A stretch of DNA of 64,000 nt from Desulfobacterales bacterium (GTDB lineage: Bacteria; Desulfobacterota; Desulfobacteria; Desulfobacterales; UBA2174): NCBI GenBank assembly GCA_963668645.2, contig CAXXWC010000006.1, positions 1 to 64,000 on the forward strand, in the 5' to 3' direction. The notes beneath the pieces are model-generated. The model saw nothing but the letters and a program-made list of their open reading frames with translations. It was not told the origin of the DNA and made no database searches. Made by a program: the position numbers and the translations under genes. The stretch's first letter is position 1, and each line of letters starts with the position of its first letter. Shown piece by piece: positions 50,012-59,190 of the stretch.

Positions 50012-51490
50012 ATGAGAAAGGAAAGACCCTACGGGGGTGTACAGCCCGGAATCCCACTCGTCGGCCCGCTGACGCTGCGCATCCCCGGGATTCACTACCG
50101 CTTCGAGTGGGCAGACTACATCCAGGGGTTGTTGATGTGCACGGTCTGCCTGTCGATCATACCGGTGCTCACCGGCAAGCTGGGCATGAGTTTCGAGGTC
50201 GCCCTGGCCATCGTCATCCTTAACGGCACCCTCTATCTGGCCCACGTCACCTTCGGCGATCCGGTGGTGCCCGGATGGGTCACGCCGGCCATCCCATTGC
50301 TCATCGCCTACGTTGAAACCTTCGATCCGGGCGTCCAGCGGATGCAGGCTCTGATCGCTTTCGAGTTCACCTTTGGCCTGTTCTGTATCATCCTCGGGGC
50401 TACCGGGCTGGCTAGAAAGTTCATCCGTCTGATTCCCAACGCCATGCAGGCCGCTGTCCTTCTCGGAGCAGGGTTCGCCGCCATCATGATCGTCTTCAAG
50501 CCCGGCGAAGGTCTCAAAAGCTTCGACTCCTACCGCTGGACCATCACCATCTGCGTGGGGTTGGCCTTCTACCTGCTCTTTTCCGAGCACTTCAAGAAGA
50601 TCCGCAAACGCAACAAGGCCCTCTGGTACCTGTCCAACCTGGGGATGATGCCGGCCCTGGCCCTGGCGATTTTCGTCGGTCCGCTGGCGGGTGAAATCCC
50701 TTGGCCCACCTATGACAGCAACATCTTCACCCGTCCGGATTTCATCGGCCTGATTCGTGACTGGACCCTCTTGGGGGCCATCCCGATGCCGCCGCTCAAG
50801 ATGTTCATTACGGGCCTGCCCATGGTGATCTCGGCCTATATAGTGGTCTTCGGCGACGTGATCCAGTCCCAGGCCCTGCTGGACGACGCCCAGAAATACC
50901 GCCCGGACGAAAATGTGAACTACGACCCGAACCGCTCGCACATCATCTTTGGCGGCCGCAATCTGATCATGAGCGTCCTCGGCCCGGATATCTCCATGTG
51001 CGGGCCGCTGTGGGCCGCCATGCAGGTGGTGGTCTGCGAGCGCTACAAGAACGGCCCGGCCGCCATGGAATCGGTCAATGGCGGCGCGGGCACATTCCGC
51101 TGGGGCACCTGGACCGGCTACTTCCTGGCGCCCATCGTCTCTTCGGTCAAGCCGATCCTGGGGGTGGGGCTGGCCTCCACGATGCTGATCCAGGGCTACG
51201 TCTCGGTGCGCGTGGGGGTGCTCAAGGCCCGCTCGTTCAACGACCTGGGCATCGCCGGGGTCGCCGGCGCCGTGGTGGCCACCCGCGGGGCGGCCTGGGG
51301 CCTGGGCACGGCCCTGGTGCTCTGCCTGCTGGTCTACCTGGGCAGCACGGTCGAGCATGCCTACATGGCCCCGGAGCCGGTGTTCCCGGGCAACTCCCCG
51401 GAAAAGATTGCCGAAGAAGTCCGCAAGCATCAGGAAGAAGCGCGGACCTTGGCCGGCAAGACCGGACAATCTCCGGCCCTTGCCAAGTAA
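50012..51490 (+). CDS. Multi-pass membrane permease of unknown substrate (possibly NCS2-related)
   Basis: Many hydrophobic segments, PVVPGWVTPAIP, GPLWAA; AGGAG RBS; co-oriented with the abfD operon. Confidence 0.7.
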   Translation: MRKERPYGGVQPGIPLVGPLTLRIPGIHYRFEWADYIQGLLMCTVCLSIIPVLTGKLGMSFEVALAIVILNGTLYLAHVTFGDPVVPGWVTPAIPLLIAYVETFDPGVQRMQALIAFEFTFGLFCIILGATGLARKFIRLIPNAMQAAVLLGAGFAAIMIVFKPGEGLKSFDSYRWTITICVGLAFYLLFSEHFKKIRKRNKALWYLSNLGMMPALALAIFVGPLAGEIPWPTYDSNIFTRPDFIGLIRDWTLLGAIPMPPLKMFITGLPMVISAYIVVFGDVIQSQALLDDAQKYRPDENVNYDPNRSHIIFGGRNLIMSVLGPDISMCGPLWAAMQVVVCERYKNGPAAMESVNGGAGTFRWGTWTGYFLAPIVSSVKPILGVGLASTMLIQGYVSVRVGVLKARSFNDLGIAGVAGAVVATRGAAWGLGTALVLCLLVYLGSTVEHAYMAPEPVFPGNSPEKIAEEVRKHQEEARTLAGKTGQSPALAK

Positions 51491-51512
51491 TCAGTAGACG
51501 ATACGAAGAACA

Positions 51513-51541
51513 GGCGGGCAGGATCAGCGATCCTGCCCGCC
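51513..51541 (+). terminator. Strong stem-loop closing the abfD operon
   Basis: GGCGGGCAGGATC-AGC-GATCCTGCCCGCC, 13-bp perfect stem with no U-tract. Confidence 0.55.
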
Positions 51542-51563
51542 GCGCAGAATAGAGGAGTCGGCC

Positions 51564-52274
51564 ATGGCTTACATCGAGGGATTTCCCGGACACGACGCCG
51601 CCAGCCACACACTCCGGCGCCTGGGGCGGCTGCTGGCTTTCGCCGGCTTGATCACCGGCGTGTTTCTCCTTTCGGCCCGGGACTGGCGCGGCGAGCTGGC
51701 GGTGGTGGTGCCGACCGTGGCGGTGGTCGTCCTTTTCATGGTCGGCTCGTCACTCAAGCTGACCCCCATGGCCTGGAAGCGGCTCTTTAGAAAACACGAA
51801 TACGCCAGTCTGCTGGAGGCCGACCGGTGCATCGCCCAAGTCCTTTCAGCCCTGGACGACACCCATTTCGTCTTTCACGACCTGCGCCTGGAATTCTTTC
51901 ACTGCGATCATCTGGTCATCGGCCCCGGCGGAATCTTCGCGATCCGCCGCGCGCAGGTGGGGCATGAGGTGCGTCGCGACGGCGCCCGCCTGGCCGCGGC
52001 GGACGGCCGCCTGGCCGCCGCGGCGCGAAAGCTCTGGCAGGTTTGCCACTTTCTGGCCCTGCTGACGGAAAAAAGCTTCAAGATCCGCTGCATGCCCCAG
52101 CCGCTGTTCGTCTGCCCGCAGGGTGCGGCCGGGGCCGCAGGCAGCGCTGCGGAAGTCCCCCTGGTGGCGCTGGAGGATCTGGCGGTGCGAATCAGTGCAA
52201 AAGAGACCGCCTGGTCCGAGGATCTGCCCCGGCGCCTGGCGGCCTTCGTACACGGCCGCTATGCGGCAAGATAA
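51564..52274 (+). CDS. Membrane-anchored NERD-like domain protein
   Basis: Two N-terminal hydrophobic helices, then VFHDL...DHLVIGPGGIFAI; GAGGAG RBS. Confidence 0.65.
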   Translation: MAYIEGFPGHDAASHTLRRLGRLLAFAGLITGVFLLSARDWRGELAVVVPTVAVVVLFMVGSSLKLTPMAWKRLFRKHEYASLLEADRCIAQVLSALDDTHFVFHDLRLEFFHCDHLVIGPGGIFAIRRAQVGHEVRRDGARLAAADGRLAAAARKLWQVCHFLALLTEKSFKIRCMPQPLFVCPQGAAGAAGSAAEVPLVALEDLAVRISAKETAWSEDLPRRLAAFVHGRYAAR

Positions 52275-52355
52275 AAAAGAAGGCCGCCGAGACTATCGGC
52301 CTAAAGGCTCTTACAGTCCACCATCACCTGAATATTTCCCGATTTCTCAAATTTT

Positions 52356-52838
52356 CTACTCGGCCAGATCGAGCCATTTTCCGCCGGTCAGCGGCTCCAG
52401 GTCCGCCGGCCGGAGCCGGAAAACGGCAAACGGGGTGCCTGCGGCGGCCCAGATCACCGCGTAGCGCTTGAGGCCCTGGTCGAGAAAGGTTTCCAGCGGT
52501 TCGAGATGGCCGGCCGGCGGAATCCCGCCGATGGCATAGCCGACCCGTTCCTTGACAAAAACCGCGTCGGCCTTGCCCAGCTTGAGCCCGCTGGCCGCTT
52601 CGATCTTCTTGAGGCTGACGCGGTTGGCGCCCGAGGCGATCACCAGAACTGGCCGGTCGAGGCGCTTGTCGCGGAAAACAAGGGACTTGGCGATCTGGGC
52701 CACCTCACAGCCGACGCTGTCGGCGGCCTCCTGGGCGGTGCGGGTGGAACCGGGCAGTTCCTGAACTTCGAAACTAAAGCCTTTTGATGAAAGAAAGTCC
52801 TGGACCCGCCGGGCACTGTCGGTCAATTTGGATGTCAT
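52356..52838 (-). CDS. YbaK/EbsC-family aminoacyl-tRNA editing protein
   Basis: TRTAQEAA, QIAKSLVF, GYAIGGIPP, WAAAGTP. Confidence 0.92.
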   Translation of the reverse strand: MTSKLTDSARRVQDFLSSKGFSFEVQELPGSTRTAQEAADSVGCEVAQIAKSLVFRDKRLDRPVLVIASGANRVSLKKIEAASGLKLGKADAVFVKERVGYAIGGIPPAGHLEPLETFLDQGLKRYAVIWAAAGTPFAVFRLRPADLEPLTGGKWLDLAE

Positions 52839-53170
52839 CTCTTTAGCGCTTTCGAAAATCCGTTTGCGTTGCTGCGAATCAAAAAAGCTTCGGGGGCAAC
52901 CGAGCTCTATCCACTGGTGATGGACCGGGAAAATACCTTAAATGCACTTTGTTAGGCAACACCGTTTCCATTCGGCGGCCTTGACCAACCCGGCGGTATG
53001 CAAAACGGCACTGGCCGCTGCAACCTTGACTGTCGATATGCCGAAGATCAAAAAGCAGGCTTTCTTTGTCGTCCTGCCGGCCCGTTACCGGGCGGACACG
53101 ATCAAGTCGCTTTACAAACCAGGGAGGCTGGTTGTAAGATTCCGATTTGAAGGTCCGATAAAAATATCCA

Positions 53171-53314
53171 TAGTATCCGTCCATAAATGGAGATTTTTGG
53201 TTCCTGGCAAGGCCCGAGCGATTTTTCAACCGGAGCAATAGCCCGCTATTTGGAGGATTGGAAACGAGCGAAAACGCCGCCAGCGCCGAAAGGTGCCGTT
53301 TATGGATACACACT
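53171..53314. repeat. Palindromic miniature inverted-repeat (ERIC-like) element
   Basis: Imperfect terminal inverted repeats AGTATCCGTCCATAAATGG / CCGTTTATGGATACACACT with nested internal pairings. Confidence 0.55.
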
Positions 53315-53339
53315 CCCTAACAGTTTGGGGACCCTCCTT

Positions 53340-53908
53340 ATGGCCGCCAACACGTCCATACCTATCATAGAATCCGTCGGCAGCCGGCTGCGCCATGCCC
53401 GCCAAGCCCAAAAAATGACCCTGCGCAGCCTGGCCCGTCAGGTCGGGTGCTCGGAAAGCCTGCTGTCGAAATCGAAAACGGCAAGGGCAACCCCCCTTTA
53501 AGTACCCTCCACGATCTGACCCGCGCGCTGGATATAAGCATCAGCTCCCTGTTCGCCGAAGAGAACCATCCCGAAGTGGCGATCTATCGCCAGGGTGAAC
53601 GGCCGCTGCTGCCCACCTCGCGCACCGTGACCCTCGAAGCCTTGATTCCCCACAGCGAGCGCCACAAGCTTCAGGCCAACATTCACATCATCGCCCCCAA
53701 GGGCCACCCTAGGGGCCAGTATGCCCATGAAGGAGAAGAGGCCGGCTACATCCTCTGCGGCCAGCTCAAGCTGGTGGTCAACGGAACGTCCTATCTTCTT
53801 TCCAAGGGAGACTCTTTCTCGTTTCGCTCGGACCTGATCCACAGCTACGAGAACCCCGGCCCCACCGAAACCCGGGTGCTCTGGGTCAATACCCCGCCGA
53901 CCTTCTGA
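53340..53908 (+). pseudogene. XRE-HTH plus cupin regulator, frameshifted
   Basis: VGSRLRHARQ...SESLLS in one frame continues as IENGKGNPPLSTL...HEGEEAGY...VLWVNTPPTF in another; one A missing near 53469-53471. Confidence 0.8.
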
Positions 53909-54006
53909 TTTCCGTGACAGGCCGCCGCCTGATGAACACGGCACCCCGTTGTACCCGTTTTTTCCGGCACCGTTTTTTACATTCTTGTAATTCTTCAATC
54001 CGATGA

Positions 54007-54195
54007 TTCTTCATCGCGCCGTTGACCGGCGGGGTGTCGGCCAACGGGCTCGGGGGGCGCAACTCCGCCGAACTGGCGGTGGAATTGAAAAACGCCGACC
54101 CGGCGGCCAAGTACCACTACGAGCTGGAAATCCTGGACGACGAATGCAAGGCCAACATCGGCGTACAGGTGGCCACCAAACTGTCGGCCGACCGA
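54007..54195 (+). pseudogene. Fragment of a branched-chain amino acid ABC binding protein (LivK-like)
   Basis: FIAPLTGGVSANGLGGRNSAELAV...LDDECKANIGVQVATKL with no start, no signal peptide and no C-terminal part. Confidence 0.7.
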
Positions 54196-54238
54196 CCGCC
54201 AGGTGGTGGGCGCCGCAGCCCCACTAGGGGGAGGCCGC

Positions 54239-54949
54239 ATGAAAAAACCGCTGACCGTCGAACAGATCTACACCGCCTACGACAAGGCGGACGTGCTCAT
54301 CGGCGTCTCGCTCACCGTAGCGCCGGTCAGCATCACCTGCCTGCTCGGCTCCAACGGCTCGGGCAAGACCACCCTGATCCGTTCCATATTGGGCTTGACC
54401 CCGCCGCGCCAGGGACGTATTGCCTTTGAAGGGTGGACCATCAACGGCCGGCCCACGCACCAGATCGTATCCCGGGGCATCGCCTGCATTCCCGAGGGGC
54501 GCAAGGTCTTTGCCGCCATGAGCGTGGAGAAGAACCTTCGGGTCGGCGCCTATCTGGAAAACTCCACCATCATGGTCAAACGCCGGCTGGCCGAGGTCTA
54601 AGGGCTGTTCCCGCGCCTTTACGAAAAGCGCACCCAGCTCGCCGGCACCCTTTCGGGCGGCGAGCAGGCCATGGTCTCCATGGGCCGCGGGCTGATGAGC
54701 GAACCGAAGCTGCTTCTCATCGACGAGCCGAGCCTGGGGCTTTCGCCGGCCCTGATGATCCAGAACTTCGAGATCATCCGGACCATCAACCAGAACGGGA
54801 CCACGGTGTTTCTCGTCGAGCAGAACGTCCACCAGACTTTGGCCATCGCCGACTACGGCTACGTGCTGAGCCAGGGAAAGGTGGTGGCCCAGGGCAGCGC
54901 CGAAGCGCTGCACAACGATCCGGAAGTCAGCCGGGCCTACTTTGGCTGA
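54239..54949 (+). pseudogene. LivF-like ABC ATPase with an internal TAA
   Basis: GSNGSGKT, PEGRKVF, TAA at 54599-54601, then in frame LFPRL...AGTLSGGEQ...IDEPSLGL...RAYFG. Confidence 0.82.
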
Positions 54950-55000
54950 GCGCCGCAACGATCCATCGGCAACGGCAACAAGAAAGGACAACCGATTCCC

Positions 55001-56080
55001 ATGACGGTGCTATCTCCAGCGGTGGCGTTGACGCGCCGGCTCATCGCCCTGGATACCAGAGACCCGGAAGGCAACGAGGCCGAGTGCATCGCGCTTCTTG
55101 GCCGCATCCTGAAAGAGGCCGGCTTCAATGTCACCACCACCTCCTTTGCCGACCATCGCCCCAGCATAGTGGCGCACCTGGGCCCGGGGCGGCGGCCCGC
55201 CCTGGGCTTTGCCGGCCACGCGGACACCGTGCCGTTGGGCACGGCCCCCTGGCACCACGACCCGTTCGGCGGCCTGATCCTTGACGGCCGGCTCTACGGC
55301 CGCGGCACCGGCGAGGACCTGATCGTGATCATCGTCTCCGGCGAGGAAACCGGCTGCCGCGGATCGCGCCACCTGGCAACACAGCCCGCCATCCTCGGCA
55401 GGGCCGGAGGCCTGATCGTGGCCGAGCCGACGGGCAACTACCCGCTGGTGGGCCACAAGGGGGCACTGTGGCTGTCGGCGGCCCTTGGCGGCCGCACGGC
55501 CCATGGCTCGATGCCCGAACAGGGCGACAATGCCGTCTACAAAGCCGCTGCCGCCGTAGAACGCCTGCGGGGCTTCGACTTTGCCGTCGCCCCCCACCCG
55601 GTCCTCGGCAGACCGACGTACAACGTAGGCTACATCCACGGCGGGCTCAACATCAATTCTGTACCCGATTCAGCCGAAATCGGCATCGATATCCGCACCC
55701 TGCCGGGCATGGACCACAAGGCCCTGGCGGGCCGGATCGGCCGTTGGATAGGGCCCGATGCAACCCTGGGCACCCTGCTGGACGTCGAGGCCATCTGGAC
55801 CGACCCCGGACCTGCCCTGGATCCAGGCGGTCTACGACGCGACGGCGCCTTTTCTTGGCCGCAGGCCGGAGCCGCGCGCCGCTCCCTATTTTACCGACGG
55901 GGCGCCGCTGCGGGCCGCTTACGGCGGAGTGCCCACGCCTCATCCTCGGACCGGGCGAGCCGGCCATGGCCCACCGGACGGACGAATCCTGCCCGGTGGC
56001 CAATATCGACGCGGCAACGGCCCATCTACCAGCTCATCGGCGAAAACTGGTACGGCCTGCCGCCGGCGGCCGCCGGCTAA
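55001..56080 (+). pseudogene. M20 metallopeptidase (DapE/ArgE-like), disrupted
   Basis: GHADTVP, LYGRG directly followed by GEETG (the DMK segment is missing), AHGSMPE; the C-terminal FTDG and GPGE...AHRTDE motifs lie in shifted frames. Confidence 0.78.
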
Positions 56081-56284
56081 GCGGCGCCTTCGTTTGCCGC
56101 TGCGATCGCATCGTTGCCGGCAAACCGGCCTACCGCGTCTTCGTACCGGGGGCCTTCAAGCGGGAAAGGATTCTGGCCGAGATGGCCGCCCGCGGTCGAG
56201 GCACGGATTGGTCCGCCAGAGGCATGGCGACGACGCATTCATCCCATGACCGCCAGATCCGCGGCAGCGGGACGCGAGCCTCGT

Positions 56285-57697
56285 TCAGCCCGCATCGATG
56301 GCCGCGCGGCGGCCAGCGATGCGGCCGAATACCAGACAATCGGTGATGGCGCAGGTGCCCAGCCGACAGGCCCCGTGGATGCCTCCGGTGATCTCGCCGG
56401 CGGCATAGAGTCCAGCCATGGGCCGGCCGGACAGGTCGAGGACCCGGGCCTGGGGATCGATGAGAATCCCGCCCATAGTGTAATGCGTCTTGGGCCAGAC
56501 GCGCATGCCGTAATAGGGCGGATGGCTCACCGGGGCAGCATTTTCCAGAGCCGGTTTGCCCCACTCGTCAACGGCCTGGCCGGCCACGGCGGCATTGAAG
56601 CGTGCGACGGTCTCGGCCAGCGATGCTGCCGGAATTTCGAATCCGGCAGCCAGGGCCTCCAAGCTGTCGAAGGCGCGCACCACCCCTCGCGCCATGCTGC
56701 GGCGCACGTCGGTCTGCGAGACCCGCACCCCTTCGGCATCGGCGATCACCACGGCCGGGTGGCCTATGGCCAGCATGGCGTCGGCCCGGGTCTTGCGGTC
56801 GGCCAGTTCGTTGACGAAACGCCGGCCGGTGCCCGGATCGACCATCATCCCGTAAGGCTGGCCGGCATAGCTGGCAAAGTTGGGACCAACGCCGAACCCT
56901 TTTTCGTCGGACGAGGTCCAGGGACCGAGCTGAATCCAGGAAAGATGCACCGGCATGGCGCCGCAACGCAAGGCGGCCTGCAGCACCTCGGCAGTGGCGT
57001 AGGTCTTGTTGGTGGTATCCACGGCAGCGTCGAGCCGCGGGTCCTGGGCCCGGCGGAAATCGATATCGGCGCCGAACCCGCCAGCGGCCAGCACCACGGC
57101 CCGCCGGGCGCCAATGGTCACCGGCCGGCCGGTGTCGTTGCCTCCGTAGCGAAAACCCTCGAGGGCGCGCACTGCGACGATGCGGCCGGCGCTGTCGGCT
57201 GCCAGGCCGGTCAGACGGCAGCGCGTACGGAAATGGATGTTCAGTTCGCGCACCCGGGCGAGCATCCGTTTGTAGATGTCTGCCCCGGTGCGCCTCTGCG
57301 GGGTATGCGAACGGGGTACGCTGTGGCCGCCGAAACGGTCGATGCGGTCGCGAAAGACCACACTGAGTTCTTCAATGGCCCAATCAAGGACCGCGGCCGA
57401 TTGTTGAGCCACGGTGAGCACCAGGTCTGGTTGGTTGAGCCCCTGGCCGGCCCGGCACATGTCGGCCGCCATCTTTTCGGGGCTGTCCTCGATGCCGGCA
57501 GCCTTCTGGAAGCGGGTTCCGGCCGCGGCCATGACCCCGTCGCTGATTACCGAGTTGCCGCCGCATCCGGCCATTTTTTCCAACACCAGCACCGACGCCC
57601 CGGAGCGGTGGGCCTCGATGGCGGCTGCCAACCCGGCAAAGCCGCTGCCGACCACGATCACGTCCGCCCACAGGTCCGGCGGCCCAGTATTTCCCAT
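56285..57697 (-). CDS. Flavocytochrome c-type flavoprotein (fumarate/urocanate reductase family), no signal peptide
   Basis: VVGSGFAG, GGHSVPRS, VVLAAGGF, RFVNELADR, HYTMGG, YAAGE..GGIHGACRLG. Confidence 0.88.
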   Translation of the reverse strand: MGNTGPPDLWADVIVVGSGFAGLAAAIEAHRSGASVLVLEKMAGCGGNSVISDGVMAAAGTRFQKAAGIEDSPEKMAADMCRAGQGLNQPDLVLTVAQQSAAVLDWAIEELSVVFRDRIDRFGGHSVPRSHTPQRRTGADIYKRMLARVRELNIHFRTRCRLTGLAADSAGRIVAVRALEGFRYGGNDTGRPVTIGARRAVVLAAGGFGADIDFRRAQDPRLDAAVDTTNKTYATAEVLQAALRCGAMPVHLSWIQLGPWTSSDEKGFGVGPNFASYAGQPYGMMVDPGTGRRFVNELADRKTRADAMLAIGHPAVVIADAEGVRVSQTDVRRSMARGVVRAFDSLEALAAGFEIPAASLAETVARFNAAVAGQAVDEWGKPALENAAPVSHPPYYGMRVWPKTHYTMGGILIDPQARVLDLSGRPMAGLYAAGEITGGIHGACRLGTCAITDCLVFGRIAGRRAAIDAG

Positions 57698-57874
57698 GAT
57701 TCTTCCTCTCTTGCCCGATGCAGGGCAGGATCAAATTGCGGGGTAACTTCCGGCCGGCCGCATACTTGCCAAACCGAGGCCATGCGTAGACAAGAGGCCT
57801 TATTGGCCGCTTTCATGATGCGGTGCAAAAAGTGCCGCCGGGCCGCACAATGTCCGGCCCGGCGGCAAGCCGGC

Positions 57875-59149
57875 TCAGGAGCCGAACTTTCGCAGCCGGA
57901 TGGTGGCGGCGTTGCGGTGGGCGTCCATCTTCTCGAAGGTCGACTGGGTTTCGGCGTACTTGGCCAGCATCATCGAGGTGGCCAAGTCGACCTGCTGATG
58001 GGTGATTACCTTGAGGTACATCCCGACCCACAGGCCTCCTGTATAGCGCGCCGCCCGCCCCGTGGGCAGGCTGTGGTTGGTGCCGGCGATCTTGTCGGCG
58101 TACACCTCGGCGGTCAGCTCGCCGAGAAAAAGCGAGCCGTAGCTGGTCAAGTGCGGCAGCAGAGAGCGCGGTTCGGCGCTGTGAATCTCCAGGTGCTCCG
58201 GAGCATAGTCGTTGGCGTAGTGCGCACAAGCCTCCAGATCCGGGCAGATCACCACCTCCCCGTTGGCCTCCCAAGAAGCACGGGCCACCGCCTCGGTCTC
58301 CAGAACCTTGAGCTGGGTTTCGACCTCGGCCAGGACGGCAGCCCCGAGGGTTTCGGAGGTGGTTACCAGCGAGGCCCGCGCGTTGGGATCGTGTTCGCAT
58401 TGGGCCAGCAGGTCGGCGGCCAGCAGATCGGCTCGGGCTTCGGCGTCGGCGATGATCTGTACCTCGCTGGGTCCGGCGAGAAAATCGATGCCGCAGGTGC
58501 CGAAGATCTGCCGTTTGGCCTCGTGGACGTACTGGTTGCCCGGTCCCACGACCAGATCCACCGGGTGGATCGACTCGGTGCCGAAGGCCATGGCGCCGAT
58601 GGCCTGAGCCCCGCCCAGGCAGTAGATTTCATCGACCTGCATCTCGTGCAGGGTGTAAAGGATTCCGTCGTTGATCCCGCCCGTGGGACCCGGCGGGCAG
58701 CAGGCCACGATGCGCCCGACGCCGGCGACCTTGGCCGGCATCACCGACATGACGGCCGCTGAAAGGCAGGGATAGCGCCCGGCCGGCACATAGCACCCGC
58801 AGGAACCCACCGGGATGACCCGATGGCCCATCACCATCCCCGGATAAATTTCCTGTTCGAACTCCGTCAGGTTGGCCTTCTGGGCCTCAGCAAAGGCCCT
58901 GACCTTGTCCATGGCAAAATCGAGTTCCTCGATCACCGCAGCCGGCAGCCGGTCGCGGGCTTTGGCCGATTCTTCCCGCGAGACGCAGAAGGTTTCCGGT
59001 TCGAAGTTGTCGAATTTCTTTTCAAACTCGTGCAGGGCGGCGTCGCCCTCGCGCTTTACCCGATCTAAGATCCCGGCAACGTTATCGGCAAGCGCCTTGC
59101 GGTCCTGCTCGCAAACCGGTTTCGCCATCTTGAGTCGTTTCAACGTCAT
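57875..59149 (-). CDS. Histidinol dehydrogenase homolog (HisD/HpsN family), probably catabolic
   Basis: GCYVPAGRY, GGAQAI, VGPGNQYV, AGPSE, LAQCEH, APEHLE, YADKIAGTNHSLPT. Confidence 0.88.
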   Translation of the reverse strand: MTLKRLKMAKPVCEQDRKALADNVAGILDRVKREGDAALHEFEKKFDNFEPETFCVSREESAKARDRLPAAVIEELDFAMDKVRAFAEAQKANLTEFEQEIYPGMVMGHRVIPVGSCGCYVPAGRYPCLSAAVMSVMPAKVAGVGRIVACCPPGPTGGINDGILYTLHEMQVDEIYCLGGAQAIGAMAFGTESIHPVDLVVGPGNQYVHEAKRQIFGTCGIDFLAGPSEVQIIADAEARADLLAADLLAQCEHDPNARASLVTTSETLGAAVLAEVETQLKVLETEAVARASWEANGEVVICPDLEACAHYANDYAPEHLEIHSAEPRSLLPHLTSYGSLFLGELTAEVYADKIAGTNHSLPTGRAARYTGGLWVGMYLKVITHQQVDLATSMMLAKYAETQSTFEKMDAHRNAATIRLRKFGS

Positions 59150-59190
59150 GTCACCTCCAGGTCGTGTCTTTGTATGAATAAATGGTTCTT

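Noticed and set aside
52879..53313. ORF-track ORFs 52879-53313 and 52942-53241
   Set aside because: Atypical composition, no motifs, and they overlap the palindromic element; probably non-coding
53461..53480. Programmed frameshift in the XRE-cupin gene
   Set aside because: No slippery heptamer or stimulatory structure was seen; simple loss of one A in a decayed region explains it
54599..54601. Possible recoded stop in livF
   Set aside because: The codon is TAA rather than TGA or TAG, it is not at a Cys-type site, and the neighbouring genes are also broken, so a nonsense mutation is more likely
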